Positions 30,420-48,027 of a stretch of DNA of 64,000 nt are shown here, one piece after another. The notes beneath the pieces were generated by a model, which saw only the letters and a program-made list of their open reading frames with translations, was not told where the DNA came from and ran no database searches. Made by a program: the position numbers and the translations under genes. Source of the DNA: Chrysomallon squamiferum (lineage: Eukaryota; Animalia; Mollusca); contig CM022670.1 of NCBI GenBank assembly GCA_012295275.1, positions 28,706,001 through 28,770,000 of the forward strand, in the 5' to 3' direction. The stretch's first letter is position 1; every line of letters starts with the position of its first letter.

Positions 30420-33400
30420 ATGGCAGCAAATACAGGGTAACAGCAGGCAAAAATACATTGTTCATTTATTTGAAATTGTTTTGTTGCATTATTTATTTAA
30501 TCGTAAAATAACTATGAACTTTAAATGATAGCCACAAGTGCTCGTTATCGTTAATGACTCAAATCTGACGTTAGTAGGAATATTACAATATTATGAATAT
30601 ATGTTTAACGTTAAGTGATGATCTTTATCCCATTTATAATTTTATGGACAGTTAATGAGTTATCTTGTGTTGCATAGATTATTATATATTATAAATATTA
30701 TTGTCAACAGTTAACTTTATTTTTATTAATTTCTTTAAAATATAGCTTTTTATTCATTAGTATAAAAAAAAAAAAAAAAAAAAAAAAGGAAAAAAAAGTT
30801 ATTATGATTCATTATTTCATATTATGAAGAAAGGCAAAACATTACCAAAGGATTAAAATGTCTTAAATTTGTTCTTTTAATAAATGATATAACTTATATC
30901 ATTATTTACTTTCAGTAAATTAGCTGGAAAGACCCTCTTCATTACAGGTGCTAGTCGGGGAATAGGTAAAGCTATTGCTCTGAAAGCAGCTAAAGATGGA
31001 GCCAATGTTGTCATTGCTGCTAAAACTGCAGAACCACATCCAAAACTTTCAGGAACCATTTATACTGCGGCCAAAGAAGGTACCATTTTATCAGAGTTTC
31101 TCTGAATGAAATTTTCAGTATAATATAATTTTTCAACTTCACTTTTTGAATTTTTCAAGTACAGAAAAATTAAATACTCCATTTCAAGCTTGAATTGTTC
31201 TGGTTCATCTGCTGTTATATGTGCACATAAGCCATAGGCAGTTTAATATAAAAGAAGAAAAAAATTAGCATTAATATATTTGACCTTATTTATATTTTGA
31301 AGGAACTGCTGTTTTCAAAGGATGTATTTGAGTTGATTTTTAGACAGAATAAAAATGTGAAATGCAAAATTTGAAGTGAATAATTTACATTCTAATTTTT
31401 TGGCAGTATCTGATTAGTTTTTGTACATGTATGAAATGTTTATGGTTTTTTATTTGTTCATTTAAAGTAGTGTATATTGTTTTTGTTTTCATTTGAAGCA
31501 GTATGTGTAATTATTGTTTTCAGCTTATTAATAATAAACATTTTATTTAAAGGCAAGGACAGTAGCACATGTGGAAATTCTCTCTGCTTGAAATGTATAA
31601 TTGTTTCCTCATTTTTATTTTCCAAATTAATTATTTAAATATATAAACCAATAGAACGTTAAATGAAATAGATCAGTTTTCAGTGGAGGAAACAAAAATT
31701 ACAATATTAAAAACAGATATGGTAAGATACTGCAGCATCTGTGCATTGGTTTCCCATGTTGCAAACAGAGCAACAACAAAATGAATAATAAATAATAATA
31801 ATCTAAAAAAATCGTATATTTGCACAGAAGCACTTTTGTGCTGATTGATATTTTCTTTTCTTTTTTCTTGCACAACCTGTATTTCACATAATAATTCTGT
31901 TTATTATTAGTCATATGAAGTAACATGGAAAAAATATATCACATCATTTTCATTTACAGTGGAAGCAGCTGGTGGCAAATGTCTGCCCTGTGTTGTTGAC
32001 ATAAGACAGGAGGAATCTGTGTACAAGGCAGTTGAGGAAACTGTGAAGAAATTTGGTGGTATCGACATCCTCATCAACAATGCCAGTGCCATTAGTCTGA
32101 CTGGAACACTTGAGACACCTATGAAACGCTATGACCTCATGAACACAATCAACACCAGAGGAACTTTCTTGTGGTAAAAGTTTTTTTTCGTATCTTAAAA
32201 TATTATTTACAGTCTTTATAAGAAAGTTCAACATATCTTATACCCGCAACAAAAGAAAGTGATCATTTTGTCATAGTTAATCCTTTGAACTCTGGCCATT
32301 TTTAAATGAAAACAAAAGTAAGTTATCACGGTATAATGGCTGTTATATGTACCCTTACTGTGCTGTATGTTTGCCTCCTAATAACAGTGATCTAATAGCA
32401 TGTAAACTGATGCCACAAAGCCAAAAAATGGAGTCTAAAGAACTAATAAGTTAACAAACCTTCAGGGTGAAATGTAGACTTTTCTGACTCTTTAATATTC
32501 ATTTAGAAAGAACTACAATAGATCTTTTATATATTCTGTAGTTTTATTTTTTATTTTCTGTTTTATTAATTTCAGCTCTAAAGCATGCATACCTCATCTT
32601 AAAAAGGGAAATAACCCTCACATTCTCAATCTCAGTCCTCCTCTAAATATGTCTCCACTGTGGTTCAAGGGACATTTTGGTAAGAAACATTTAAAAAATA
32701 ATATATTATTTATTTTCTAAACTGTGGAGCGGACATACATGGGGGAAAAAATGGGTAAAAAATATCATCTACATACATTTAAAAAAAAATAACTTGTTAT
32801 ATTAATCATTACTTCCATTTTATTAGCAAATTTAGATTATGAAAAGGGGTCATTCCGTGTGAAATGACCCCCCACAAAAAATATTTTAAACCCGACCATC
32901 TCAGATCTTTATGAAACTTGGTATACTTGTTGAATGACATTTTATCTTCTTTTCTTTTCTTTTTTTTTGGAAGAAAGATTTATGTAAATGTTAATTTTTT
33001 ATTCAAGATAATAAAAAAATTATTTAATTTTATTTCAGCATACACAGTGGCCAAGTATGGCATGTCAATGTGTGTTCTTGGTATGGCTGAAGAATTTAAA
33101 GCTGATGGTATTGCTGTGAATGCTTTATGGCCAAGAACTGGTAATTTTATTTTTTCATTTAACAAAGACCATTTAGATTTTTAAATTTGATTTGTCATGG
33201 ATATCATTAAAGGGATACTGAGCTGTTTATTTAAGAATGTTCACCAGTTTATAAGCAAACTGAACTGACCATCATTTCTCTTACAACTCCTGATGAATAA
33301 CTGCATGTAATTTTATTTTTTTCTCTCTCTTCTTAGCAATCTTCACAGCAGCCATGGCCATGCTGGGTGGTGGTGATGATATTGTCAAGCAGTGTCGTAA

Positions 33401-35186
33401 ACCAGAAATAATTGCTGACTCAGCCTATGTGATACTGAGCAAAGACAGTCGATCATACACTGGTAACTTTGCCATTGATGATGAAGTACTGCGTGAGGCA
33501 GGAGTTACTGATCTTGAACAGTATTCCTGTGTTCCAGGTAAGACAGTTCATAATAAATGTATTTTAATATCTTCACAAAAATTAATATTTGCCTGGAACC
33601 TCCAAGTAGTTTATATCAACTTTTAACAGTGTTTTTAACCTTTCTGCTTGTATAAATATTTGTCACAGTCCAGAATAGAATTGAATAACTTAAAATACCC
33701 AAACCATAAAATATAGTTGCAATTTGTGTTAACAAAGTATGCTTGAGAATTTTTTCTATTTCAGTGAATGTAAGTTTTTCGAAAATTAGAAATTATTTTT
33801 TGTACTTCAACTCAGATTGCAAGTTGCATGCAGTATATATTTCTAATGGAAATACACTAAAAAAATTTTTTTATTTTTTTCACCAGCATTAATTTTTTGT
33901 CATTTATATGGTTATTTATTTACTTTTACTAATATAACAGGCAGCCCAGGAAACATTTTTTTTCAAAATTTTGATGTGCAATATATGCTAAAAGTTTATT
34001 CTATTACAAATATGGGGAACTGGTGAAATTATTGGATACCTTTGAAACCTGCACACCAGTTCATGATGCTGTAATTAACAAAATATTCACTGAAGTCTTA
34101 CTAATTAGGACTGGCTTCTGTAATATTTATCAAATTTTTGTTACAGGTAATATACTACTCCCTGACTTCTTTCTTGATGTTGATCCCGAAGAGGTGGAGA
34201 AACAGATGAAATCAGAAGGAACAACTGGAGACAGTGGAAGTGCCATTGACAAAACTTTCAAAACAATTCAAAGTATACTAAATGAAGAGATGGTGAAAGA
34301 GGTCAAAGGTGTATTCCAGTTCAACTTAACAGGTAGGTATTTTTTGAAAGAAAAAAAAAGCCCTCCTATATATAGGAGCTCTTTTTTTTTAGTTTAGGAA
34401 ATGTTATGCAAAAGAAGATAACAGAATTAGAAGACACCAGCTCTTGATTTCATTTCTGATGTAGGTGATCATAGATTGAACATAGTTAAATGACATTTAA
34501 AACAGTGCATTTTTATAAGGTAAATGGTAACATTTAGAATGTAATATTTCTGATATTAATAGCTGGTATCAAATGAATGAATCAAATCATATTTTAGCAT
34601 ATTTTTATATTCTAGTTATTTGGTATCGAGCACAATTTTATAATGACAAAAGCACCTGTTATTTCTGTTACATTATCAATCTGCAGAAATGGCTCTTTTT
34701 GCAAAATTCTCTAATGCAAAAAGAAATGGTATTCATATAGCCATTGATAACAACTGAAATAATACTTCTTCATTGCTGGTCCTATTTGTTTTATAACTAA
34801 AATAAAATGATACTAAAAATAACTGGACTGATTTAACTGTTATTTTGTATACATTATGTTTCAGATTGTTTTTGTTACATTTATTTATATATATTTTATA
34901 TCATAAGTAGTATCCAGTGTTGACTGTCTTTCAATATACTTTAGGTGATGATGATGGGACATGGTACATTGACTTAAAGAATGGCAGTGGAACTGTGGGG
35001 AAAGGACAACCCTCACAAGCAGCAGAAGTCACAGTTACGTTAAAAAGTGACAACTTTCTGAAAATGTTTGCTGGAAAGTTGAATCCAACAACTGCATTCA
35101 TGACAGGAAAACTCAAGATTAAAGGGGATACTGGTTTAGCACTGAAATTGGATAAAATTATGGGCAAAGCAAGAGCAAAACTGTAA
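30420..35186 (+). CDS. HSDL2: Hydroxysteroid dehydrogenase-like 2 (SDR + SCP2 domain, C-terminal PTS1 -AKL). Exons: 30420-30436, 30916-31079, 31960-32173, 32576-32679, 33039-33140, 33337-33537, 34147-34332, 34945-35186
   Basis: FITGASRGIGKAIALKAAKDGANVVIAAKTAEPHPKL, NNASAISLT, catalytic YTVAK, VNALWPRT, LPDFFLD, SCP2 domain WYIDLKNGSG...AFMTGKLKIKGD; all splice phases consistent. Confidence 0.96.
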
Positions 35187-36167
35187 ACAGAAAAACAATT
35201 AATTAAAAATATTTATTAAATGTACTTTCTTGTTTGGACAGGAAGACCACTTATTTTGAATATGCACCGATATATGTATTACATGCAAATATATAATCAT
35301 GAAAAACTTAATTTTTCATATTTGTTTTTTTGTGTTTGTGCATGTGTGTGTGTGTGTGTGTATGTATATGTCTTCACTTTACATTAATAACCATTTCTGT
35401 TAAAATAATTAAATCTTTATTAAATTTGTACAAAAAAGTTTGGTTAATGTGTTTGCATGATTTACATTAAGGAACATTATCATATTCATCATTTGAGAAG
35501 TATACTGAAAATATATTTTTTATATAAAATAGTATGTAAGTTGCTGGGAAGTGTAAAATTATTATCAGTCTGTGTTTACTGGACTGTGATCTGTTTAACT
35601 GAAATAGCCAAGTGTCATTTAAACATGTATTATATACAGAATGATCAGATTCTGTGTTAACCCTTTTGATGCCACTGACACAAGTTTAAAGTAAACTCTA
35701 ACATTCCTACTTGCCAGATGTTATTGTGCAAGAAACAGCATGCTGCATTATTTTTTTGGTATGTGTTTTGTATTTGGTGTAGTAGTAAAAAGTTAATTTT
35801 CTAGGTTAATAGAGGCAATAAAAATCACTATTTTCTGTAAAGATAATAACTAACTGTAACTAACATCATTAAGCAGTGTGTTATTTTTTAAATTTCTTCA
35901 CGTTTGACATTTATTACAGTTGTAATAAGTGGGAAAAATGTGTGCTGGTTTTTCACTAGTTAAATTTGAATATTGTTGATGGTAATCATGTAACATTTGT
36001 CTGATGTGGTGAATGTAAAATAAGTAAGTTTTGTGAATGGGAATTGAAAAATGTTATTTTGTTATTTATATTTACAACACTTCAAGATACCAGTAGATTC
36101 TTAGAAAACACCAAATGAATACATACATATAGATCAATTGTAATTTTTTACATAATTTTTTAAAATT

Positions 36168-36198
<31 letters not shown>

Positions 36199-36789
36199 TT
36201 TGGTATGTTCAGCGATATTCACTGAGAAATAAATTAAGGTATATTTAATGGAAAGGGATGAAGAAATGCTAGATTATGCCTGTGACTGATAAACTGCCAG
36301 TTGTGATTGAGTAAACTATTTTTATGTATACACAAACAAGTATAATTACCACACTACTGACAAATTTACAAAATCAGGTTGAAGAATGAACAAATACAAA
36401 AGAGACCAACTTCCATAGACTATCAACATGTATAAAGCTGGAATATATATAATTATTATTATATAGTTAATGTCATATCCAGAAAAGTGTGTTGACTATA
36501 ATGTTTGACGAGCAACATGACATAAAGAATCTGTTAAGTATCAAGAGCTTTATTAAGCAAAAATAATATTAATTTGTTTTGACTGTACATTCAGAGGAAC
36601 AGGTTCAAAATAAAAGCAAAAAATAATCAAGTAAACATTTTATTGATCAGCAGTATAAATATAAACAATGATAAATATAGTACAAAAATAGAAGTACAAT
36701 AATATTTCACGCAAATTAAAAATAAATATCTAATGAAGATTTAAGATATATCCTTTTTCAAAATAATAATAATAAATAATTGTCTTAAT

Positions 36790-40999
<4,210 letters not shown>

Positions 41000-41412
41000 A
41001 TTTAATGTTTACTTTTAAATGGTAGATTTCAATCTGTTTTAAACCTTATGAAGTTATGTAGATACTGTAAAAATGTGTCGTATGGGCGCAGACATCTTGG
41101 TTAGTATAAAAATATAACAAAACGAAACGAAACATTATAAAATGTTTAACGTTTTGTAAAGCACAAAGAAGCATGTACAAACAGCAACAACAACAACAAC
41201 AACAATAATAATAAACAAAATAAGTTCCGTTTTAAGATGAGAAATCATTTTGGCAAATATTTATATGAAAAATACCATTTCAATTTAAGACTGTAGACTG
41301 TAGTCTACAATATATTGCATCGATATACAGCCAGTGTGCCGTTACGCGTACGAGTACTGCAGGAGTTATAAGTAGTGTCGATACTCCCTTAAACAAGGGT
41401 GATGTTCCCATT

Positions 41413-41936
41413 GGGTTTAGGAAATAATGGCACCGGAAAAAAATGACATCCGGAAGAAAGGGCACCATGCAAATTTTGATTAAAAAATGGCACCTTATTT
41501 AATTTTTGCTATTAAAAAAATAAATAAAATAATAATTATAAAAATACTTTTGAAAATACAATTTATTCATGCAATACTGTTTCATACATTTATATTAATA
41601 TATAGCATCGCTCAGTCACTTGGTTTTGCTTAACAAAGTACAGTATTATATCAGAGTTTAATATTACATTTATCACATTATCACATTTAAAGGTACAGTA
41701 TACATAGCATCACTGAACCATTTGTTTTTGGCTACCATGGGGTTTCCAGTGGATGTTGTGACCAGCAATTATGAATTGTTTTTGTAACCAGTATTTAATT
41801 GATTATGTCATCATGATCAAACACCAAGATAATTTTCAGTGTGTGTGTTATCATGATCAAACACCAAGGGAATTATGTGTGTGTAAACACACACACACAT
41901 GCATGTTCATGCTTACAGACACGTTCAAACGTCTGT

Positions 41937-41968
<32 letters not shown>

Positions 41969-42339
41969 TTTGGTGGTTTGTTTTTGGTTTACATTTGTTT
42001 TGACTGACCGTTTATTTATGGTTTACATTTGTTTTGACTGACCGTTTATTTATAAACTGTCTACAGTTGTTAAATATGATAATAGCTGCGGATTATATTA
42101 TTTCTGACATTAAATCATTATCTGAATTATTATTCATGCACTTTATTTTTATGTGCAGTTATGAATTGTTTTTGCAAGCCGGACTTCATCTACTGCCAAT
42201 AATTAAATGTCAATAAGCAATAACATTTTTTTTTTCAGGTTCCATTTATTCCAAATTTGCCTTGTGCCATTTCTTCTATTTTTTTCCATGTGACTTTTCT
42301 CAGATGCCATTTTTTCCAAGGCCATTTGTTCCGTAACCC
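41413..42339. mobile_element. Non-autonomous TIR DNA transposon (MULE/Mutator-like, ~930 bp)
   Basis: Left end GGGTTTAGGAAATAATGGCACCGGAAAAAAATGACATCC vs reverse complement of right end GGGTTACGGAACAAATGGCCTTGGAAAAAAATGGCATCT; subterminal AAAATGGCA repeats; flanking 9-bp near-duplication GTTCCCATT (41404-41412) / GTTCCCACA (42340-42348). Confidence 0.75.
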
Positions 42340-44089
42340 GTTCCCACAAAGGCTAAAAAAATGACATTTGATACTGTTTTGACATTACTGGTGTAATGGA
42401 GCGCATTAATCCCCTTTTCTTAAATGTCCTTCTGATTCTTTGTGCGTCCGTAAATATGCATCTATTTCATATACCATATCTTGACAAAATAAGGCCAAGT
42501 AAAACTGTAATTAGTGTCACGGAATTCAGATTGAGTAATCAAATTTGTTACTTCAGTCAGAGATCCGCTCCTTTTATGTTTAAGCGATGAAGTCAGATTG
42601 CGTAACTTTAATTGTTACTAAAAATCACATCCGCTCTTTTTATTGTTTCCGCTAATTTTTCAGTCAATGGCGTAGTTATAAAACGGCTAGCATTTTGTTA
42701 ATTAAATGCGACGGACACACCCGCTGACCTGTCAGAAAGCGTGCCTGTCGTAGACGTGCTTCACAACAGCTAGCTCTAATTAGCACGTTATTTTTTTTTT
42801 TTTTTTTCCAGTTCAGTTCAGTTAATTAAGAGGAGAACAGAGTAGAACGAAGTAAGCGAAAGCGAAAGCGAAAGAAACGGTCAAGACGAGAATTGAGTCA
42901 GGCGGGGAAACCAAATGTTTTCGAATGACATTGTCTTTACGGAGGAATCTTATTTTGATTGGGTGTAATGTGCAATTAACCTGTGTCAGTAACATTTATT
43001 ATACTTACAATTATGAGGTTTTAATTTGTCCTCCAGTAGAGATTCTTATTTTGTCTTGTTTCCCCGTATGACCTTACTCGTATGACCTTTCTTGTATCAT
43101 TAATCAAAATTACTTAAACGTATGTTTTATGATTGTATAATGTATTATTATTAAGTCACCTGTATATCATAATTAAATAATTAACGTGAACCTTAACAGG
43201 TGTTGTGTTTAGTTCTCTAGTAGATACATAGACTTATTGATTTATATAGATTACTGTCAATTTAGCGTTTATATTCCTTGTTAGGTGGCCATTAAAGCAC
43301 CTTGTTACCCTAGACTGAGCCTTAATACAACATACAAGGTGTTTAAAGTAAAGGTGTGAGTCCCGTGACAGTTAGATTTCATGAAATATTTGTATATATA
43401 TATAATATAAAGTACGTTTTCTTGCTTATTTGTAGGCAAATTCTTCAGTGACACTGTCCAAAACTATTTCATCTGTCAACTGACATTATGTAGATGGTAA
43501 CATAAGATAAGATTTCTCGACAGCAAGGTGCTCATAGTGGATCATAAGTAATTATTGATCAGTTTTAGTTACTGGTAGCAACACTAACAGCAATTGTGAA
43601 GAAAATTATTATTATATTTCGAAACAAGTTTATATACTTTTGAATAAACCGCAAACATTTAATCGATGTCTTTAATAGCATTAACATTAAAATGCTGAAA
43701 TTGATTTGCGTCCTTAAATTATTTTCTTTTAAATTAACCAAGTTATCTGCATCACATGTTTATTATAATGCTTTGGTCCAGCAAACATGAACGTGGGTCT
43801 CTCTTCCTCTGCATACGTATAATTATTATCATTCGAAATCGCCTCTTCCTTGTATCTCGATACAATGATTTAATACTTTTTTTATCCCTGACGTATTACC
43901 TGTTATGGTTTATGCTATTCGGATTCCAACCTTTTATTTATATTTTCTTCTGTAATCATAATGTTGTGGACTAAATGTAAATATGACGTAAATGGTTTTC
44001 TTATTGTCAGCGGTTTATATAGGGATTTGCTGTTGTTTTGTTATTCAAGTAGATAAACACTAATTTATTAATTATCGTAGAAGACGAAG

Positions 44090-45930
44090 ATCTTTAGGTC
44101 TTAGAGACGATATTAGAGAATATAAACGTTTTAGGCATCAACATCAACCAATTCATTGTATTTGTGAAAATCATCAATAATGACTTACTATTGCTCCCAG
44201 CTCTGACAATGACACTGATTGTAAAGAATCGATTGTAAAAGATATCTGAAGTATTTAAAAAGACCGAAGATTGGAGACATGTATTTTGGAACAAACTGTA
44301 AAACATTAGGAAAATTATGGAAGAATCTACCAAAAGATGACAATGAAGATCCTATTCCAACAAGTTTAGCTGAAGACGAAATAGAACAAGAAGATACAAC
44401 ATATACTGTTGACGATGACTGGGGACCACCAGATATATTGTCAATAGGAAAAACAAGTATGATCAAGATGATGCGGATGATTTTGCAGATGATGAACCCA
44501 TACAAATAGATCAAGATGATTTTGATGATGAACCTCGTCCAAGAAAAACCGAAAAAAAGGTATACCAATCTCAAGAAAATTGGATGTTGAATTATCTGAA
44601 TTTGATGACGAACAACCGAAAAAGAAGAAACTGAAGATAAACAATGTCAACTAACTGATATTATCGTAAAACTTTTGAATGCTTCATCTGCTTTATCTGA
44701 AAAAGAATTAACCCAATGGATTATTGAACATCGAGATAAATCTGATGAAATTATTGGAAAATCTGCAGAAGGAAAGTTAGGTGGTTTTAAATATATTAAA
44801 ACCAATACTAACTATCAACGAATCGTCAAAGAATTAATTGATACTATCGACAAGAAATCAACTGGATCACCGATAGAATATCTACGTAACATCGATCTTC
44901 CTGAAGTTGCACCTAGTGGATTGAAAGCGGCCTCTCCAAAAGAATCTGCAACCAACTTTGTATTACTGTGTATGATTAATAATTTAAATCCAATGGAAGT
45001 CATTGAAGCCGTTTCGGCGAAAACAAGCCAGGCGTTTGTAGAGCGACCCTATTTTAGCACTTTTTACTCCACGCTGTTAATTGCTGACCACGGACGCCGA
45101 AGTGCGTTTACCACTCTCATACAAAGAACTGATTTAACAAACAACAAGAACAACAACGCCATTTAAAAGAACACATAAAGATCTTTAGTTACATGTATTT
45201 GTTTTTTTTATGGTAGGATTTATAGAATGGATTTGGGAGTTGAGGAAAATGGACAAAATCTGAACTTTTAACAGCTTCGACCAATTATATCGGCTAGGCT
45301 GTCGGTACCTACTATATTATAAAAATTACATGTTGATAAAAGTTGCGCGTGTACATCCAAGGTCCAACTACTGTAGGAAAATCGTATTGGTTTATTGAAC
45401 CTTTTACTCTGTTTTCTCCTGCTGTTATTGGCAGAGCTGGGAATGTTTGATTGATGAAACTAATAAGTCACTGTCACCAAAGTCACTGTTGATAGATATA
45501 AATCTCTTCTCAGAGGCAATAATGTGGAGGTAGAAATAAAATGTAAACCTCCACAAAATCTGTACAAAACACATTTTTTGATGTGTAGCAACAATGATCA
45601 CTCTTCTGAGCTTACTCATCATGATAGGGAAGCTATTGAAAAAAGAATTTGGAGATTTAATTTGAATCCAGATCCAGAAGAATGTAGAGCTTTTCTTGCT
45701 GGTGCTAAATTTCCTAATCCCAAGATGTGGGTAGAATTTGCTGATTTCTTTAATTAGAGAAGATGCTGCTATTGAATTTATTGATGAATATCCATTTGAT
45801 TATGACGTAACCAGTATTAATTATAGATCACATTATAATAAATACCTGCATCTTGGTGAATCTCAAGTTAAACCCGATGATTTATCGGATAATGAAATAT
45901 CTAATGATCTACATATAATAATGACATGGA
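44090..45930 (+). pseudogene. Endogenous viral element: frameshifted parvovirus/densovirus NS1-like SF3 helicase
   Basis: Walker A VYIQGPTTVGKS (GPTTVGKS 45361-45384), Walker B CLIDE (45444-45458), motif B' YKSLLRGNNVEVEIKCK, motif C FLMCSNN, Arg-finger region IEKRIWRF. Upstream acidic region with NLS-like PKKKKLK. Intronless, with several frameshifts and an apparent insertion at ~45008-45308. Confidence 0.8.
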
Positions 45931-46003
45931 TTTTCTGTAATTTTGAATGCACGTATATAAACACTAATTTATTGTTGATTATTTGGATTATTTATTTTTT
46001 TGA

Positions 46004-46045
<42 letters not shown>

Positions 46046-47909
46046 TTAAATATATACGCACACCTTTATACGACGTTACAAATAAATTATCCAATAAAAA
46101 TCCTTTTATTGTCAAGTTGTTATTTTATTTATGTAGATGACCTATCGTTGCTCATGACAAAGTATGACAATTATAAATTAAACAATACTGTTACAAAAGA
46201 TTTAAACGCGGTCATTTTGGTCTTTACAAGTCGTGACGTCGTGGAGTCTACACAGCAGACCGATGTCTGTAATTTTCCTAACAACTTTAGAAGAAAGTAT
46301 ATAAAATCGGTCCGGCCTGTACGCGTTGACGTCACGATTTGACGTCACGATTTGAGAAAAATGGTGTGATCGTATAGATGTGTTTCATTTGACTTAGAAA
46401 GGAAATGAATCATTATGCTGATCTAGTTTCCTAAATGTGAACTAAACCAGTGATCCCGCTAAGTGTCTCCATGTAAGTGAAACGAAATAAGGATAATGTT
46501 AACTGACCGCACTACAGTGATGTCAGTAGCAGAATCCGCTCATACAGGACCACGGCGAAGATTCCCAGGAACTATAATTCTATCAAGAGTCCACGCTGAA
46601 TGGAGATGTTAAGAATAATCATTTGCGTTTGAAGATTTTTTTCTTCTGTTTTTGTTTTTGTTTTTCTTAAAAGGAAGTTGATGGGTTAATCTGCCGAAAT
46701 TTTACACAAACAAAAACTAAATACGTACAGGCAAGTACCAATTTCTTCTTTCTTGGTGACAGAATTCTACCAGTGTTATATTTAATGGTTTACATCACTG
46801 CTGTTCAACAATCGTATAATGAAAAGCAAATTAAATCGACAGTGAGATTTTTTGTTAAAGAGAGAAATCGGTAATAACAATGAACATAAAAAAGTATCTT
46901 TTTAACTTAATTTATTTTAGTTTGTAACTTCCAGTTAATTAATTCTCTTCTGACATACAAGTAAAGTCAGTCATGTCTGTGATTTGACTCACAGCAATTT
47001 GAAGTCAGAGGCGAATTTAAGTCTACTTTATAAACGTCTAAAAAGGCCTAAAACGTTGCAGTTTATTATAAAACATTTTTCTCTTTCAGATCATGTCAAA
47101 AAATGCATCTAAGGGTTTGTGTAACCTTTGCCCTCATGGTACTTAGACTTGGCCTTGTGTAAACATTAAACTGGTTCTTACAATTAATTATTTACGTATA
47201 GCATCATCCAGTGTGTTATTATTATTATTATTTTTAATTTTTGTTCTTAATCTAAATATCTAACACATGCATCGATAAGCGTATAGAAAAATTACTGTTG
47301 TAAGCAAAACATAGATTCTGGCTGAAACATCGTGTTCAGAGGGCGTAAAAGTGACCGTTTTAGTATGAACATTAATTAATTATACCTCATTCGTTATTTA
47401 TTTCTTCAGTAATAGGTATAAGATACACCCGGAACTTTTCTCTAAAGTAAATTTATATATTATTTTTCTTTTCTGTCGAACATTTACACGACGGAATATA
47501 GTAGGTTATACATGAGTTTGTATGTGACACAAATATAAATATTATTGTTTTACTCAGTTACCGATTCTGTTATTTTTTTAACAATTCGTTTTGAAGAGGC
47601 TTCATTTCTCATGGGAATCTTGTGACCTAATGATGTTTTTATTGATCATATGGTTGAGATTTATTTCACATCAGTATTTGAAAAATAGTATTTTCTATAA
47701 GTTTTAAAAAATTACATACCCACCCACACACACATCTAGACACAAAGACACACAAAGACACACACACACACATATGTATATGTATGTGTGTATGTGTGTG
47801 TGTCTAAGTTTTAAAATAGTACACACACCCACACACATACCTAGACACACAAACATATATATGTTTGTGTGTGTGTGTATATATATATATATATGTATGT
47901 ATGTGTGTG

Positions 47910-47940
<31 letters not shown>

Positions 47941-47979
47941 GTATGCGATCGGACGTTGTTATGAGGACGTTAAGAGACG

Positions 47980-48027
<48 letters not shown>

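Noticed and set aside
41335-41360. GTTACGCGTACGAG resembling the reverse complement of 46318-46335, as possible viral terminal repeats
   Set aside because: The match is ~10 bp around a palindromic core and does not extend.
43740-43960. Coding-looking minus-strand fragment (KEEAISNDNNYTYAEEERPTFMFAGPKHY) next to the viral fossil
   Set aside because: Interrupted by stops with no recognisable motif; cannot be assigned without a search.
44094-45003. Minus-strand ORFs over the viral region
   Set aside because: Antisense shadows of the acidic plus-strand NS frame; no capsid or PLA2 motif seen.
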